A DNA stretch of 64,000 bases from Craspedostauros australis (taxonomy: Eukaryota): contig JALAGF010002407.1 in assembly GCA_030167865.1 (NCBI GenBank), forward strand, positions 1 to 64,000, written 5' to 3'. Positions 1 through 11,682 of the stretch are shown here, one piece after another (the stretch's first letter is position 1; every line of letters starts with the position of its first letter). Both the position numbers and the translations under genes were made by a program. Below the pieces are notes generated by a model. That model had not been told where the DNA came from and searched no databases. It saw nothing but the letters and a program-made list of their open reading frames with translations.

Positions 1-156
1 AAGCAAGTCCGTGACTGGTCACCTCACGATAAATACATGAGAACACTATCGAACCTTCGGCAGAAACTAACGAGTTTTCTGCTGGAGGATCAACGCGACT
101 GCAATGTACACATAGATCACTCCATAAAACTTAAGATGAAACAAAGTACAAGCTGA
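1..156 (+). other. Possible 3' end of an upstream CDS (open frame KQVRDWSPH...KMKQSTS*) followed by AT-rich sequence
   Basis: Frame 1 is open from base 1 to the TGA at 154-156. No recognisable motif, so it could be non-coding. Confidence 0.2.
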
Positions 157-557
157 AAGGGTCCAACATATGTAAATAGACTACGAGGATTATGTATATG
201 CAATTAGTTTTAAAATCCCAGAAATTTGATTAGACTCTTGATTGCAAACAGTTGGTCGACTCACTGATCGGGCTCTTAATGTGGAAGTCTGATCGTTGAC
301 ACGATCTTGGATCATGGACGTGAATGAAAAAACCAAAACGAAGATCGCATCATCGCCGCGACGTCACATCAACCCAACACGCAACATGCAACACGCAACA
401 TGCAACGCACGACACGTGACATCAATCACAGAGAGCCTCCGCAACTTCACCTCTCTGATCATCACTGGATTTGTGCTCACAAGAACCAAGAGGACCAACA
501 CTCCCGCTGTACGAGTACATACAATCGCTATCCAAAGTGAATGCCAAATCTCATACG

Positions 558-1639
558 ATGGTGAATTGGAGGAACCGATCAGCCCGATTCCACGTTGCAA
601 TTTGCTGCACCTTCGCCGCGCTGTTCGTCGTGGACGATGCTCAGGCATGGTCTCCATCGATGACTAACCGGCGCGAGCTGGAGACCGTCAGACTGCAACG
701 TGATGGGATCTCCTCCACCGCGCTGTTCAACGACCGGTTCGAGCGGGATCTGAATGAGCGCAGCATGCGCAATGCCCAAGGCAAGGGCGCCGGTGGTGGG
801 ATGGCTGCTGGTGCCATCCTCGGCGGTTTGGTGCTTGGTCCATTCGGTGAGTGCAACAAGCTAGTATACTCGTATCAGACAAGAGTATTGCACGCTATTG
901 GATTGGAGATACTCTCGTCGGCACCAATGCATTCATACCATCGGAAGAGGAATTGGAGAAACGTTTGGCATTTCTCCTCGGTGCCCTGTTGTGCCACTCT
1001 CTCTGATCATGTGATGGCATTCTATTGCACCCATCGCTCACATTTTTCATCCATTTTTGTTACTCTCACTTGCGCACTCTCTCTCTCTCTCTCTCTCTTT
1101 CTGCAGGCGCCCTGTTCGGTGCCAACATCGGAGCCAATTTGGGACAGATGAATGCCGTCGACCAGGCAAGGAAGGATGAGATGGAGCGATTGGGAATCTC
1201 TCAGGACATGCTGGATGCTGCTCAGGAGTGCGGGATGGCATTGCAGCAGGCCATGGAGGGTCTGAGTGCGACGCAAGACAGTCTGAAGACGCAGCAGATG
1301 TTAGCGCGGCGGCTGGATTCGGATGCGGAAGATATCTACGAGAAGGCCAAGGTGGCGATCGGGGATGGCGATGAAATCGCTGCCAAGGATCTGCTCTTCA
1401 AGCGGACGCAGGTCCAGGACAAGCTGAAGAAGATCCTGCTGAACTGTGCCGAAGAGAAGAAGCGGTTGGTTACCATGGAGGACAATGTGAAGGCGATCGA
1501 GGCCAGGGCGCTGGAAATCGAGTCGCTCTTGCAGAGAACCGTGGGCGCCAAGTCGAGACAGGATGCCGGCATGGCAGAATTGAGCTTGGCGCGTGACGAT
1601 CCGCTGCTGCAAAAGTTCAAGGACTTGGGCATTGATTAG
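558..1639 (+). CDS. Putative plastid-targeted glycine-zipper plus PspA/IM30(VIPP1)-like coiled-coil protein, ~273 aa; exons 558-846, 1107-1639
   Basis: A signal peptide ending AQA-W precedes a transit-like segment. The GT..AG intron 847-1106 joins GGLVLGPFG|ALFGANIGANLG in frame. The helical region YEKAKVAIGDGDEIAAKDLL resembles the PspA/VIPP1 hairpin turn. The C-terminus is DPLLQKFKDL. Confidence 0.75.
1077..1098. repeat. (CT)n microsatellite forming the polypyrimidine tract of the intron
   Basis: A ctctct run lies just before the ctgcag acceptor at 1101-1106. Confidence 0.9.
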
Positions 1640-1870
1640 AGATGAGAGAATAGATGAGTGCAGATAGATGCGGTGGCTCATCGACGGGTTCCACGTAATG
1701 AGCTACGACATGGCTGATCGAGGTGGCAGCCAACTGCACTACACAACCTCCATCGCCGCACATCTACTCGATTCGCATATGTGCTTGGTATGTATAGTAT
1801 GGTACACGATTAGAACAGTGGTTGAATGAAGCCAAATGCAGTCCAGTTTAATTTAATGCAATCCAGTCCA

Positions 1871-4723
1871 TTACTTGTCAGCTGACTTTTCAGCATTCTT
1901 CGACAACGTCTTGAACATGAAGTCGTACGCCAGCGCAGTCATGAAGGCGTACTGCTTCGGCGTTGCAGGCAGACCGTTCCCGCCCTCCACATTCTCATAG
2001 TAGTAAGTCGGCCATCGCTTTCCCTGACCCAGAATCCACATCTTCTTCACCATCTTGCGCGCATGCGCTGGGTGTATCCGATCATCGTTCGTGTTGGCAG
2101 TGAACAGGATCGGCGGATATTTTTTGGTATCCTTTTTGATGTTGTGGTATGGTGAGAACTGTTTCATGAATACCTTCCAATCAGACGTATCCGGATCGCC
2201 AAATTCGCTCGTCCAATCAGGTGCATCGTCCAACTGCAGATCTTTGTATCGTTTCATATCGAGGATCGGGACTGCGCAATGCACCGCGCCGAACAGTTCA
2301 GGACGCATCACGAAGGCATTCGCAACCAACAATCCTCCACCGGATCCGCCACGGATGGCCAATGTTTTGGCTTTGCAGACTTTCGACGAAATCAGATCCT
2401 CAGCGACCGCGATGAAATCTTCGTGTGGTTTGTTGCGCTTTTCACGCACCGCGGCCTGCAGCGAGACGATATTGCAGCAATCCAGACACATGGTTCGAGA
2501 GGAGTCCATTGTTCGGGGTGCAAGTGCGTACGAGTAGTACCACAAATGGGCGCAGCGCATGTCATACCAACCAGACAATGATTTCAATTGTGAGTATGAT
2601 GTGAAGTGCAGTGGGAATACAAATGGAATAAAATGAAGGAGTCAATGGCATGCGTTCCCACAAGCTCCGAAAGTCGTTCTTCTTCAATGAGCCTGTGTTA
2701 TGCGCGCTCTCCATTCACGATTGGTTTGGCATGCTCTGCACCGCGCACACGTTATGCACAAATGCGCGAGTGAACAACACGACCATACACAACAGCAACA
2801 ACACTTGCCACTCACCTGATGCCAGCTGGGACCAAATTCTCCGCCACCGCGCACGTTGGCTTCCACGTAGACGCCACCGCGTTCCAACCACGCCAGACCT
2901 GTTGCGGCGTTGTAATGCGGACCGACGCTGACCTCGAAAGCACCGTATGCGTAGAGCAGGGTGGGATTCCGCTTGTTCATGGGGATCCCTTTCTTTGAGA
3001 TCATGAAGTAAGGGACATCCGTGCCATCCTTGCTTTTGGCAATGCGTTGTGTGACATCCAGACCTTTCGAATCGAAATGACTTGGTAGCGATTTCAGTTT
3101 GTTTCCGAGGTAGACCTCCGGATCGACCCGCTTCATGATTTTCTTGTCTTCGCCATCAAACACGGATGCATCGCCGAGCCACAGCGTGGTGGGTTCTGTG
3201 TAGCTGGTGGTCGTCGCCCAGAATCGATCGCCCTCGTAAGGATCTGCAGATCGGACGCTGACGCAGGCAATTCGAGGTCCCTTATCGACTCCCACCAAAC
3301 GCAGCTTGTTGGCCTCCTTCTCCAATCGGTAGAACTCCAGCTTCGATCTGACGTTGTCAATGAGAGAGAGGATGAGGTAGTTCTTTGTGACGGTGTAGTT
3401 TTCGCAGAGGAGGTTGTCGGAGGGTTCGAAGAGGGTGTGATATATCCGATCGGCGGGTCCGTACTTGACGAATTTGTGGGCGTTGACGTAGATGATGGAT
3501 CCTGCTTTGAATGCCTTGGCCCCCTCCGGCGCCCAGTCGGACCGCAGTGTGATCATGAGGACATTGCCGACAAAATCAATATCCGAATCTTCCGGTGCAA
3601 GCAAGGGTTTGAAATCCGGCGGATCTCCAATCTCGATTCTGGTCTGATGCCTGGGTGGCAGCATGTGCTCGTACTTGACCTTCCGTATCCAGAATTTGGT
3701 TGCCTGGTAGGTGATGGCCCTTGTTCGGATTTCATAAATGCCCCCACCACGCACCCTCTGATCATCGACATACGCGGAGACCGCGATGTCAGACTTTTCT
3801 CCTTCAAAGACCACGGGCGCCGACGCCAGATCCGTGCCTCTGACCCACTCGCGGATCGTCCTGGGGTATCCCGCCCTCGTGAGAGAGGAAGGACCAAAAT
3901 CCGCCCCGACCAGGAGGACGTCCCTTGTTTTGTAGCAGGCTCTGGTCTTGCCCTCCGGTATTGAGAATGGTCTGTCAGTGACAAATGCTGATTTGACGAG
4001 ATCAAATTCCCTGACGGCGACGGCGTCCGTGCTGCCTCGTGACAAACTGAGCAGCGCGCGCGTGATGAGCTTGCCATCTTGCGACATGGGATCTCTGGCC
4101 CTGGGCAGCACCCGGCTTCCCTTCCACGTCCATGGGATCTTCTCCTTCCTGGCGAGGTCGTCCAGATCCAGCACCTTGGTCCATTTTGGGTTGGTTGTCT
4201 GATACGACGCCAACGTCGTTTTGCGCCAGACGCCTTTTCGATTCTGTATTGTTTTGGAGTGTGGATGATGTCGATGTGGATACAAGTGCAGCATTGTTCG
4301 TTGGAAGGATTATGCATACAGTGAAGAGAGACAACAGAATATGAGAATAATGTGTGAGAATAGAATGCAATGTTGTTCTGTGTGCGAGGAGTGCGATGCA
4401 TGCTATGCAATGCAATGCTTGCAGAGCTTCTTCAGCTCATTCGTATTGCGTGTTGCACATTGCGTGTAGCGTATTGCACGTACCTTAGAATCCTTCCAGA
4501 GATTGAAGAGCATGTCATTGCCAGCCGCATCCGTCCCCATCTTGCTGACGAAGGGTATCTTGTCATCTGCCTCGAGGACGTCGACGATGCGCTTGTAGGA
4601 TCTGGTCTTGGACTTGGTTGGATCACCGAGCGTGCTGAGACACATCTCGTTGGCCTTGGAGACGAAGCTCATGGAGGATTTGCTGTCCACATCCTCCAAT
4701 GAGGTGTAGGGATCGTCGGCCAT
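1871..4723 (-). CDS. Prolyl oligopeptidase family S9A homolog, ~750 aa, catalytic His apparently replaced by Asn; exons 4723-4484, 4243-2816, 2455-1871
   Basis: Motifs DDPYTSLED, PTLLYAYGAF, ANVRGGGEFGPSWHQ, GGSGGGLL, DDRIHPAHARK and YYENVEGGNG. Two GT-AG introns keep the frame. Confidence 0.9.
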
Positions 4724-5837
4724 GTTGCTTCTCTTTGCGTTGTGATGTGGTGCGTTGTGATGTGATGTGATGGGTTGTGTTGTGTGGTGATAGAGTTGGA
4801 ATGAGTCACCGGACAACCGACCAATTGAGGCACGAGTGGTGATCGGTCAATTGATTGACGCAATGAGAGTTGCCAGTCGAGTGTGTGATGAGACACTTCA
4901 GGAGATGATGGCAAGGAGTATGGTACTCGCGCGGGTGCCAAGCAATGATGTGACACGATGTTTCCCACCAGCCAACACGTCGGCCCTCTCTTGTCCCTCG
5001 TGTTGACCTGTTTCTTCTCTTTGTTTGGCCGAGTGTGTCTCTTTCGCTGACTTGTGTGTGTGTGAGAATTCTCAACGATGTGTCAACGTCGCGTTTGTCA
5101 CCGGAATGAGGATGACCATGGAGTCACGAGTGATCGCAAAGAGATTTTCCAACTCAATTTTGGTCCCGTATCCTTTGAATCACGACATTGCTATGTTTCA
5201 TCTAGACTAATGTTGTAGATTTGAATAGTATCGCAGTTCTTCACGAACAGAACTCTGTGGCTCCACAAACGAACAAAACATCGAGCATTCGTCCTCGATT
5301 GATGCAAGACCCAATCACAATCACCAGCTTGACCTGACGTCACCAAAGTCTTCTTCGACTGCCGCACACCCACCACGCAGAACCACCGAGGAAAAAACAA
5401 GCTGCGACGATGTGTTGTTGGCTAGCGTGGTACTCGTGGTTCCACTGCGCAGTGTGCGGTAGAATGATACGACACGATTGCCTGCTTGCGATACGACCAG
5501 AACATCAGTGAAATCGAATTTACGTGCGTGTTGCAGCCAGACGTTTGGTTTTGCGTCTTGCTGACGGCACGGATGGACGGTGAAAAACGCCGAAATGGGC
5601 AGAATTGTGTTTGGGACGGGAACGATTGGGTTGGAATCGGCGTTGTGTGGTGTGGAAGATTTGTGAGCCGTGAGTGCGGGTACGTGTTGTGCTGTTGTTG
5701 CTGATGTTGCTGACGACATCAACGACATCGACGACACAGGTAACAACATCAAAAGACTGTTGTTGTCGTTGATACTGCTCTCACGAGCAATCCCAATAGC
5801 AATAGCAATAGCGTGCGGAGATAACAAGATTGCAGAG

Positions 5838-5902
5838 TTGGACATCGTTGAACATCGTTGAACATCGTTGAACATCGCTGGACCTCGTTGAACAACGTTG
5901 AG
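5838..5902. repeat. 10-bp tandem repeat (aacatcgttg), about 6 copies, degenerate at the edges
   Basis: gacatcgttg aacatcgttg aacatcgttg aacatcgctg gacctcgttg aacaacgttg read directly. Confidence 0.9.
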
Positions 5903-6019
5903 GTCCGATCAAAGATCGTCGAGACATCTCAACATTTCACTATCTGCACATCAAAGTGATTGCAGAAAACAGAGAAGCAAGATCATAGTGTCGGAACACA
6001 TCTGCCATCACAATCACTG

Positions 6020-6086
6020 AGCCATCAACTCAGCCATCAACTCAGCCATCAACTCAGCTATTGCCGTTGTCAGCTATTGCCGTTGT
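6020..6086. repeat. 12-bp tandem (agccatcaactc)x3 followed by 16-bp (cagctattgccgttgt)x2
   Basis: Read directly, upstream of the sigma factor start. Confidence 0.85.
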
Positions 6087-6386
6087 TGAACCAACGCAGT
6101 CCACACGAACGCATTCCATCCGATATCTCTTGAGGCAATCACTACAAAGCACACACATCACACATCATCACTCACGTCCTCACTCACATCATCACTCACA
6201 GTTGAAAGCACAATCGAAAGCACAATCGAAAGCAAGAGAGGAAAAGACATCACAAACACAATGAAGAAGCAGACCGCAGATAGTGAGCAGGGTGATGCAT
6301 CCAATGGAAGCACCAGTGCAAGTAACAATGGAAGTAACAATGGAAGCAACTATAGAAGCAGACGGAGAGTCAGGAGATTCCCCACG

Positions 6387-8201
6387 ATGGCCGCAACGAC
6401 CGCAACCACCACTCTGCTGGCTGTGGCATCGTCGATGGCCATGATGTCATCGTCCGCAACTTCGTCGGCCTTTGCATTCCAGAACGGCCTCCCACACTGC
6501 CACGCGCGACCTCAGTTCTGCCATCACTCCAGCACCGCGAGAAGCGTCGTCACCGATCCCTCCGATCTCGTCAAACCAGAAACGCCCAATGGCCAGCTCT
6601 CCGCCAATGTCAATGCCCTGGAGGATGCCTTCCTCCTATCCACACCAGCCCACGTCGGTCTCATTCAAGCGCCGCAACCGCGATCGCAGCAAACAAGGGG
6701 GAGAGGCAGACCGCCAAAGACCATGCCCCAACGCACGCAATCGCACAACAAATCCTCCACGATGCCGGGCTTCATCGGTCGCAACGCCGCCGTCCTCGAT
6801 GCCTACAACCGCGACATCCACAATGCGCGCACGCGCGGCAACACCATCAGCAAGGCGCAGGCCGATGCCATCAAGGACCATCGCCGCAAGACGAAGGGCC
6901 AGGCCATGTACGAGACCAGCGCCTCCGTCCCGGAAAGTCTCATGCGCTTCGCCAACGAAATCCACATGGAAGATCGCATCACATCGAAGGAGGAGCTCGC
7001 GCTGGGTGAGAAGGCGCAGGAAGCGATCCGGTTGCAATCGCTCTACGACAATCTATGCGACAGTCTTGATCGTGATCCGACCGATGAGGAGTGGTGCGCG
7101 GCGGCGGGGAAGATCAACATGGAGGCCATCAGTCAGGCCATCGACGAAGGTCTAGAGGCCAAGAACAAACTCGTCACGTCCAATCTGCGCATGGTGCAGG
7201 GTGTCGTCAACATATACATCCGCAACGGTCTCGGGGGACAGTACAACGCGGGCGATCTTATGCAAGAGGGTATCATGGTACGTATCTTTCTCGTTAACTG
7301 TGTTGTTCTGTGTATGGATATGCATAATGAACATGATGCACAATGTGATGGGATGCGATAGGATATGATGCAATAGGATATGGTGTGGTGTGATGTGATG
7401 TATGAATCACAACATCACTTGGGATGCGGCAATTGCATTCCCATTTTCATGCTCTACGTCTCGTTCCACCCACTCAATCATTCTCACACTCTTCTACTCT
7501 CCATCATTCAACAACAACATGAACAACAGGCCCTCATCCGCGCCGCCGAAAAGTACGACCCCAAACGCGGATTCCGATTCTCCACGTACGCCATGTACTG
7601 GATCCGCTCGGCCGTCAAACGCAACCAGCTCTACCAATCCCGCGTCATCCCCATCCCGCAACGCTTCCATGAGCTCGAGAAGAGGCTGCACAAGCTGCGC
7701 ATCGAACTCGAGCAATCCCTCGATCGTCCCCCCACCGACAAGGAACTGGCCGAGGCCGCCGGCATCACGGAGCTGCAGATACAACGATGCGCCGAGGCCA
7801 TGTCGCAGCGATGCTTCTCGCTCGACCAATCCCTCACCAACAAGTTCAAGCCAAATAACCACAACTCGCAGGCCAACATGCACGACATCATCGCGAGTCA
7901 GGCCGATGACGCCGAGGCGTTGGAGCTCGACCGTCTCGTCGTGCGCGAAGATCTCATCAGCATGGTCGAGAAGCATCTCACGCGGGAGGAGGCCACGCTC
8001 GTGCTGCTGCGGTACGGATTGAAGAAGCCGCGCGTGCGGCCGGCCCGGATCAAATCGGAAGGACCCCTCACGGTGGCCGACGTCAGTCGGGCCGTCGATA
8101 TGAAGCCCGATAAGGTTCGCCGCATCATCAACCGCAGTCTCATCAAGCTCAAGGCCATCATCGGCAAGGATTTGGAGTGGTACGAACGATTTGTCCGGTA
8201 G
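6387..8201 (+). CDS. Nuclear-encoded plastid RNA polymerase sigma-70 factor, ~520 aa; exons 6387-7277, 7530-8201 (alternative upstream ATG at 6261)
   Basis: Region 1.2 ITSKEELALG; region 2 KLVTSNLRMV...DLMQEGIM|ALIRAAEKYDPKRGFRFSTYAMYWIRSAV; region 3 LDRPPTDKELA; region 4 LLRYGL...LTVADV...DKVRRI. The presequence contains SSAFAF. Confidence 0.95.
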
Positions 8202-8291
8202 GCACTTTCATGCATACATGGATGCATGAATGGATTGATTCGTTGATTGATTGGATGGGAGAAGGAATGGAACAACACGGATAGGTCTCTC

Positions 8292-8319
8292 GATGATGAT
8301 GATGATGATGATGATGATG
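8292..8319. repeat. (GAT)n microsatellite
   Basis: gatgatgat run in the 3' region of the sigma factor gene. Confidence 0.9.
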
Positions 8320-8824
8320 AGGATTTGGAAGCGAAAGGTTGGTTCCGCGAAACATGTCCGGAGATGAACGTTGCAGCATGTCATCGAGTTTGGACGCAAG
8401 ACGAGGCAGCAGCTTGAACACATCAAGGCTAACATGCTAAAGGAATAATAGAAACGAAAGGAGCAGGATTCAAACCTATGTCACGCTGTGCATACTGGAA
8501 CGGAGTTGAGTGCTTCATCTGCTGTTGGGATCGTCGTATCGTTCTTGTCATGGCACTCCTTCGGTTTAAACAGTTGATCATCATCGTCATCATTCTCCGA
8601 AGCACTTGGCTTGACTGTGCGGGAACATCATGCCATACGATAGAGATCGAACAAACAACAAACGCCACAATGCGCAATACGGCAGTTGTCTCCAGAGTAT
8701 AGATTTTCATTTGCGCAAATGCTGGGGACTCTATTATGCTTGGAGTACTGCCTTGTGTTGATTGCTGCCACTGCCACTGCCAGTATCAGTGTCGTCATGT
8801 AATAGATTGTTGCATGATACATGT

Positions 8825-10707
8825 TTAGTTCTTTTTCTTCTTCTTGTTGCGTCTCTTCTTCTTTCCTCCCTGAAGCCGCACAAAAACGACGCATTGGAGT
8901 GATTGATAAATGAATGAACGAAGGGGCGCAAGAGAATGATGAGACACAAACAAGAGTCAGATCCTGATGCATCGTTGTACACGCCACGCAAATCACTGAA
9001 CTCAACAATTGCGAACAAACCAACACAGTCCAATGCTTCATCGCAGCAGTCCAACACGCACCTTGCTTCTGGCCTCAACAACCGGCGCAGGCTCTTCCGT
9101 CTTGGATTCTTCCACGATTTCGGCATCGGTGACGGTGAGCGTCTTGACGCCATCCGCATCGATGACTGGTGCAGCGGGGCCGGACGAGAAACCGGCTGGT
9201 CGTTCCCTCATGGGGGGTGGTGCGAAGATTTCGGTGGCTGGAGGGGCTGTGGTGGAAGTGGCGGTAGGGGCTGCGGCCACGGCGGCTGGTTCCATCTTGA
9301 GGCCGCTGCGGATGACGAGGGAGGTGGCGGTGGTGACGACGTTGTTGGTGACCCAGTAGACGCAGAGGGCGGCCGGGACGTTGAGGGAGAACCAACCGAT
9401 GAGGAAGGGGAGGAGCTTGAGGATGAAGTTTCCTTCCTGCGGCTTCTGGTCCTTCGGCGTCATGAGCTCCATGGAGACGAATTGCGAGATGACGAGGAAG
9501 ACAGGGAGGATGAGGAATGCACCGGTGTCATCCCATCCGAGCGGTGGGACGCCGTCGACCCAGTTGAAGAGCCAGGAGGATCCCTCGCTGGGGTCGGCAC
9601 CGTAGGTTGGTCCCTCGAGGTTGGGGAGGAAGAGGAATGGCTCATCGAGGGCATTCTCCTTGGCCAAATCGAGGACGGCACGGTAGAGGCCGATGAAGAC
9701 AGGAATTTGGACCAGGGATGGGATGCACCCAGCGAGGGGATTGACCTGGTTGGTCTGGTAGACCTCGGCAATTTTCTGATTCATGACCTCTGGATTGCTC
9801 TGGTACTTGGCCTGGATGTCCTTGATGACCGGTTGCAGGGCCTGACGGTGCGTGCGCATGGTGCATTGCATGAATTGACATCATCGTACGAGCATGATCA
9901 AATCGAGTTGAACATGCAATAGTTAAAGTGCACGAATTGTTCCAACGAAATGCAAGAATACATTTCCATAGAGTACAGTGAGTGGAGTGGCATCGGCATG
10001 TGACGTGAAAGAAAATGGAATGATGATGAGAGGAATTGGTGAGCTGGGCTTGCTGAGGCAAGCATTGTCGAGAGCACAGCATGCTGCACACGCAAAATGA
10101 TGGAACGTCCAAGGATCTGGCTCCTCGGAAGAGGTTGCACCCCTGACTGTCCCATCAATGAATGAACGAATGGATGAGTGAGTCATCAACGCACCTGCAT
10201 CTTGCCGGTGCTCTCGAGCTGCGTCTTCGTGAGCGGGAAGGTGATGACCTTGATGAGCATGGTGAGGACGATGATGCTGGCACCCCAGGCATCCTGGCTG
10301 AAGCCGACGGTGACCAGGGCCGAGTGGATGAGCTCGAGGAGCCCTTGCGTGGGTCCCGTGAGGAAGCCGAACCATCCGTTGTCGGTGCCGGCAGCCTCGA
10401 CGGCGGCATCCGCAGCGGCAGGCACGACGCTCTGCACAGCATCGCCGACGGTGGTGGCGGCATCCGCAGCCGCAGGCACGACGCTCTGCACAGCATCGCC
10501 GACGGTGGTGGCATCGGAGAGGGAGATGGAGGAGAAGGCATCCTGGATGGAGCTGATGTGGTGCGGAAGATCCTGCAGGACGGACGGATCAAAGGCCATG
10601 GGACGCGCCGTCGGCTGGGCACGCGCGACGGCGAATCTGGCGGCAGGAGCGAAGGCGGCGACGCCGTTCACGCCGAGCAGCATGCATGTGGCAACAGCGA
10701 ACTTCAT
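8825..10707 (-). CDS. ALB3: Thylakoid membrane insertase ALB3 (YidC/Oxa1 family), ~445 aa; exons 10707-10195, 9841-9062, 8869-8825
   Basis: MKFAVATCMLLGVNGVAA-FAP presequence; WGASIIVLTMLIKVITFPLTKTQLEST; NPLAGCIPSLVQIPVFIGLYRA; FSLNVPAALCVYWVTNN. A 45-nt last exon gives GGKKKRRNKKKKKN*. Confidence 0.95.
10402..10509. repeat. 54-bp in-frame tandem duplication in ALB3 exon 1 (18 aa ATTVGDAVQSVVPAAADA x2)
   Basis: The two copies differ by one synonymous base. Confidence 0.9.
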
Positions 10708-11682
10708 CTTGTGTTGCGATGTGTTGTGGTTGGATGCAGTTGGATGCGATGTGTTGCAGGGCATTAGTATTGGCAGTGCGATGTCGTTGGATGAATGGAA
10801 GATGTCCTGATTGCAACTTCCTCACTTCACTTCACTTCACTTCTGTTTGCGATAGCTATGTGGAGTACTGCTTTCGCTTTGATGTGGGTTGCCGAATCGA
10901 GAGTTGATGTCAACTGATGTCAGAAGATGTCGGCTCACAAGAGGCGAAAGACGAAGGGAAAGACACACCGAGGCTCCAACAGAAACAACAATCGCGACGA
11001 TGTTGCAGTTCCATCGGTTGGTGGTGCTGGAACATCACATCTGGCGGTACCGTCATCGTCAGCCAAAACGAAATGAAACGGTTTGAGACTACGGTAGTCC
11101 ACTCACCCCAGCAAGAGTATCCTTCGATTTCGTCAGTCACGGTTGACCTGTCGGATTAAATCCTCCACACGTCAATCGATCGAAGCGCGGAAAGTCTGTC
11201 CTGCGTCCGCCAATGTCATGTTGAACCATCGTTGGTGGTTGTGATGTGCGTGTGGAGACAAACTTCGTCGAGCATCGTTTTGCGTTCCACTCCTCTGTTT
11301 GTGTCTCCGTGGCTGTTTTCGCGCTGGTTGTTGTGCGGGTTGTTGTGGCCAGCGCGAGCTGATCGTGCATCGTCATCATCCAACGTCTGAAGAGAGGCAG
11401 CGTCGAGAGGAACAACAGACAACAGACCAAGGAAGAGGGTGGCGTCGGCATCATTCCCACGACTATTCGGACAATCGTACTCTCTGCATCAAGTGACTGG
11501 TGAAGCAAGTCTCATCTGATCTGAGAAGCAGCAACGAAGACGACCGTTCAGGCAGGCTAGCAATCAAGCAGACAACCAATCAAGGGGACATCACAGAGAA
11601 CCGAACCACTCCGCTCTGCTGCACTCTGCTCCACTCCACGCTTTTCTACTGCGCAACACTCACTTCACTATACGACAGCAAG

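Noticed and set aside
157-280. AT-rich stretch as a transposon terminus
   Set aside because: No matching inverted repeat or target-site duplication visible in the window; equally consistent with a 3' UTR.
5321-5875. 184-aa minus-strand ORF upstream of the peptidase
   Set aside because: Begins inside tandem repeats, low complexity, no motifs.
5838-5902. Tandem 10-mers as a possible CRISPR-like array
   Set aside because: No unique spacers, repeats too short, eukaryotic context and no cas genes.
6387-10707. Sigma-70 and YidC as bacterial contamination or recent horizontal transfer
   Set aside because: Both have spliceosomal introns and plastid presequences, as expected for endosymbiont-derived nuclear genes.
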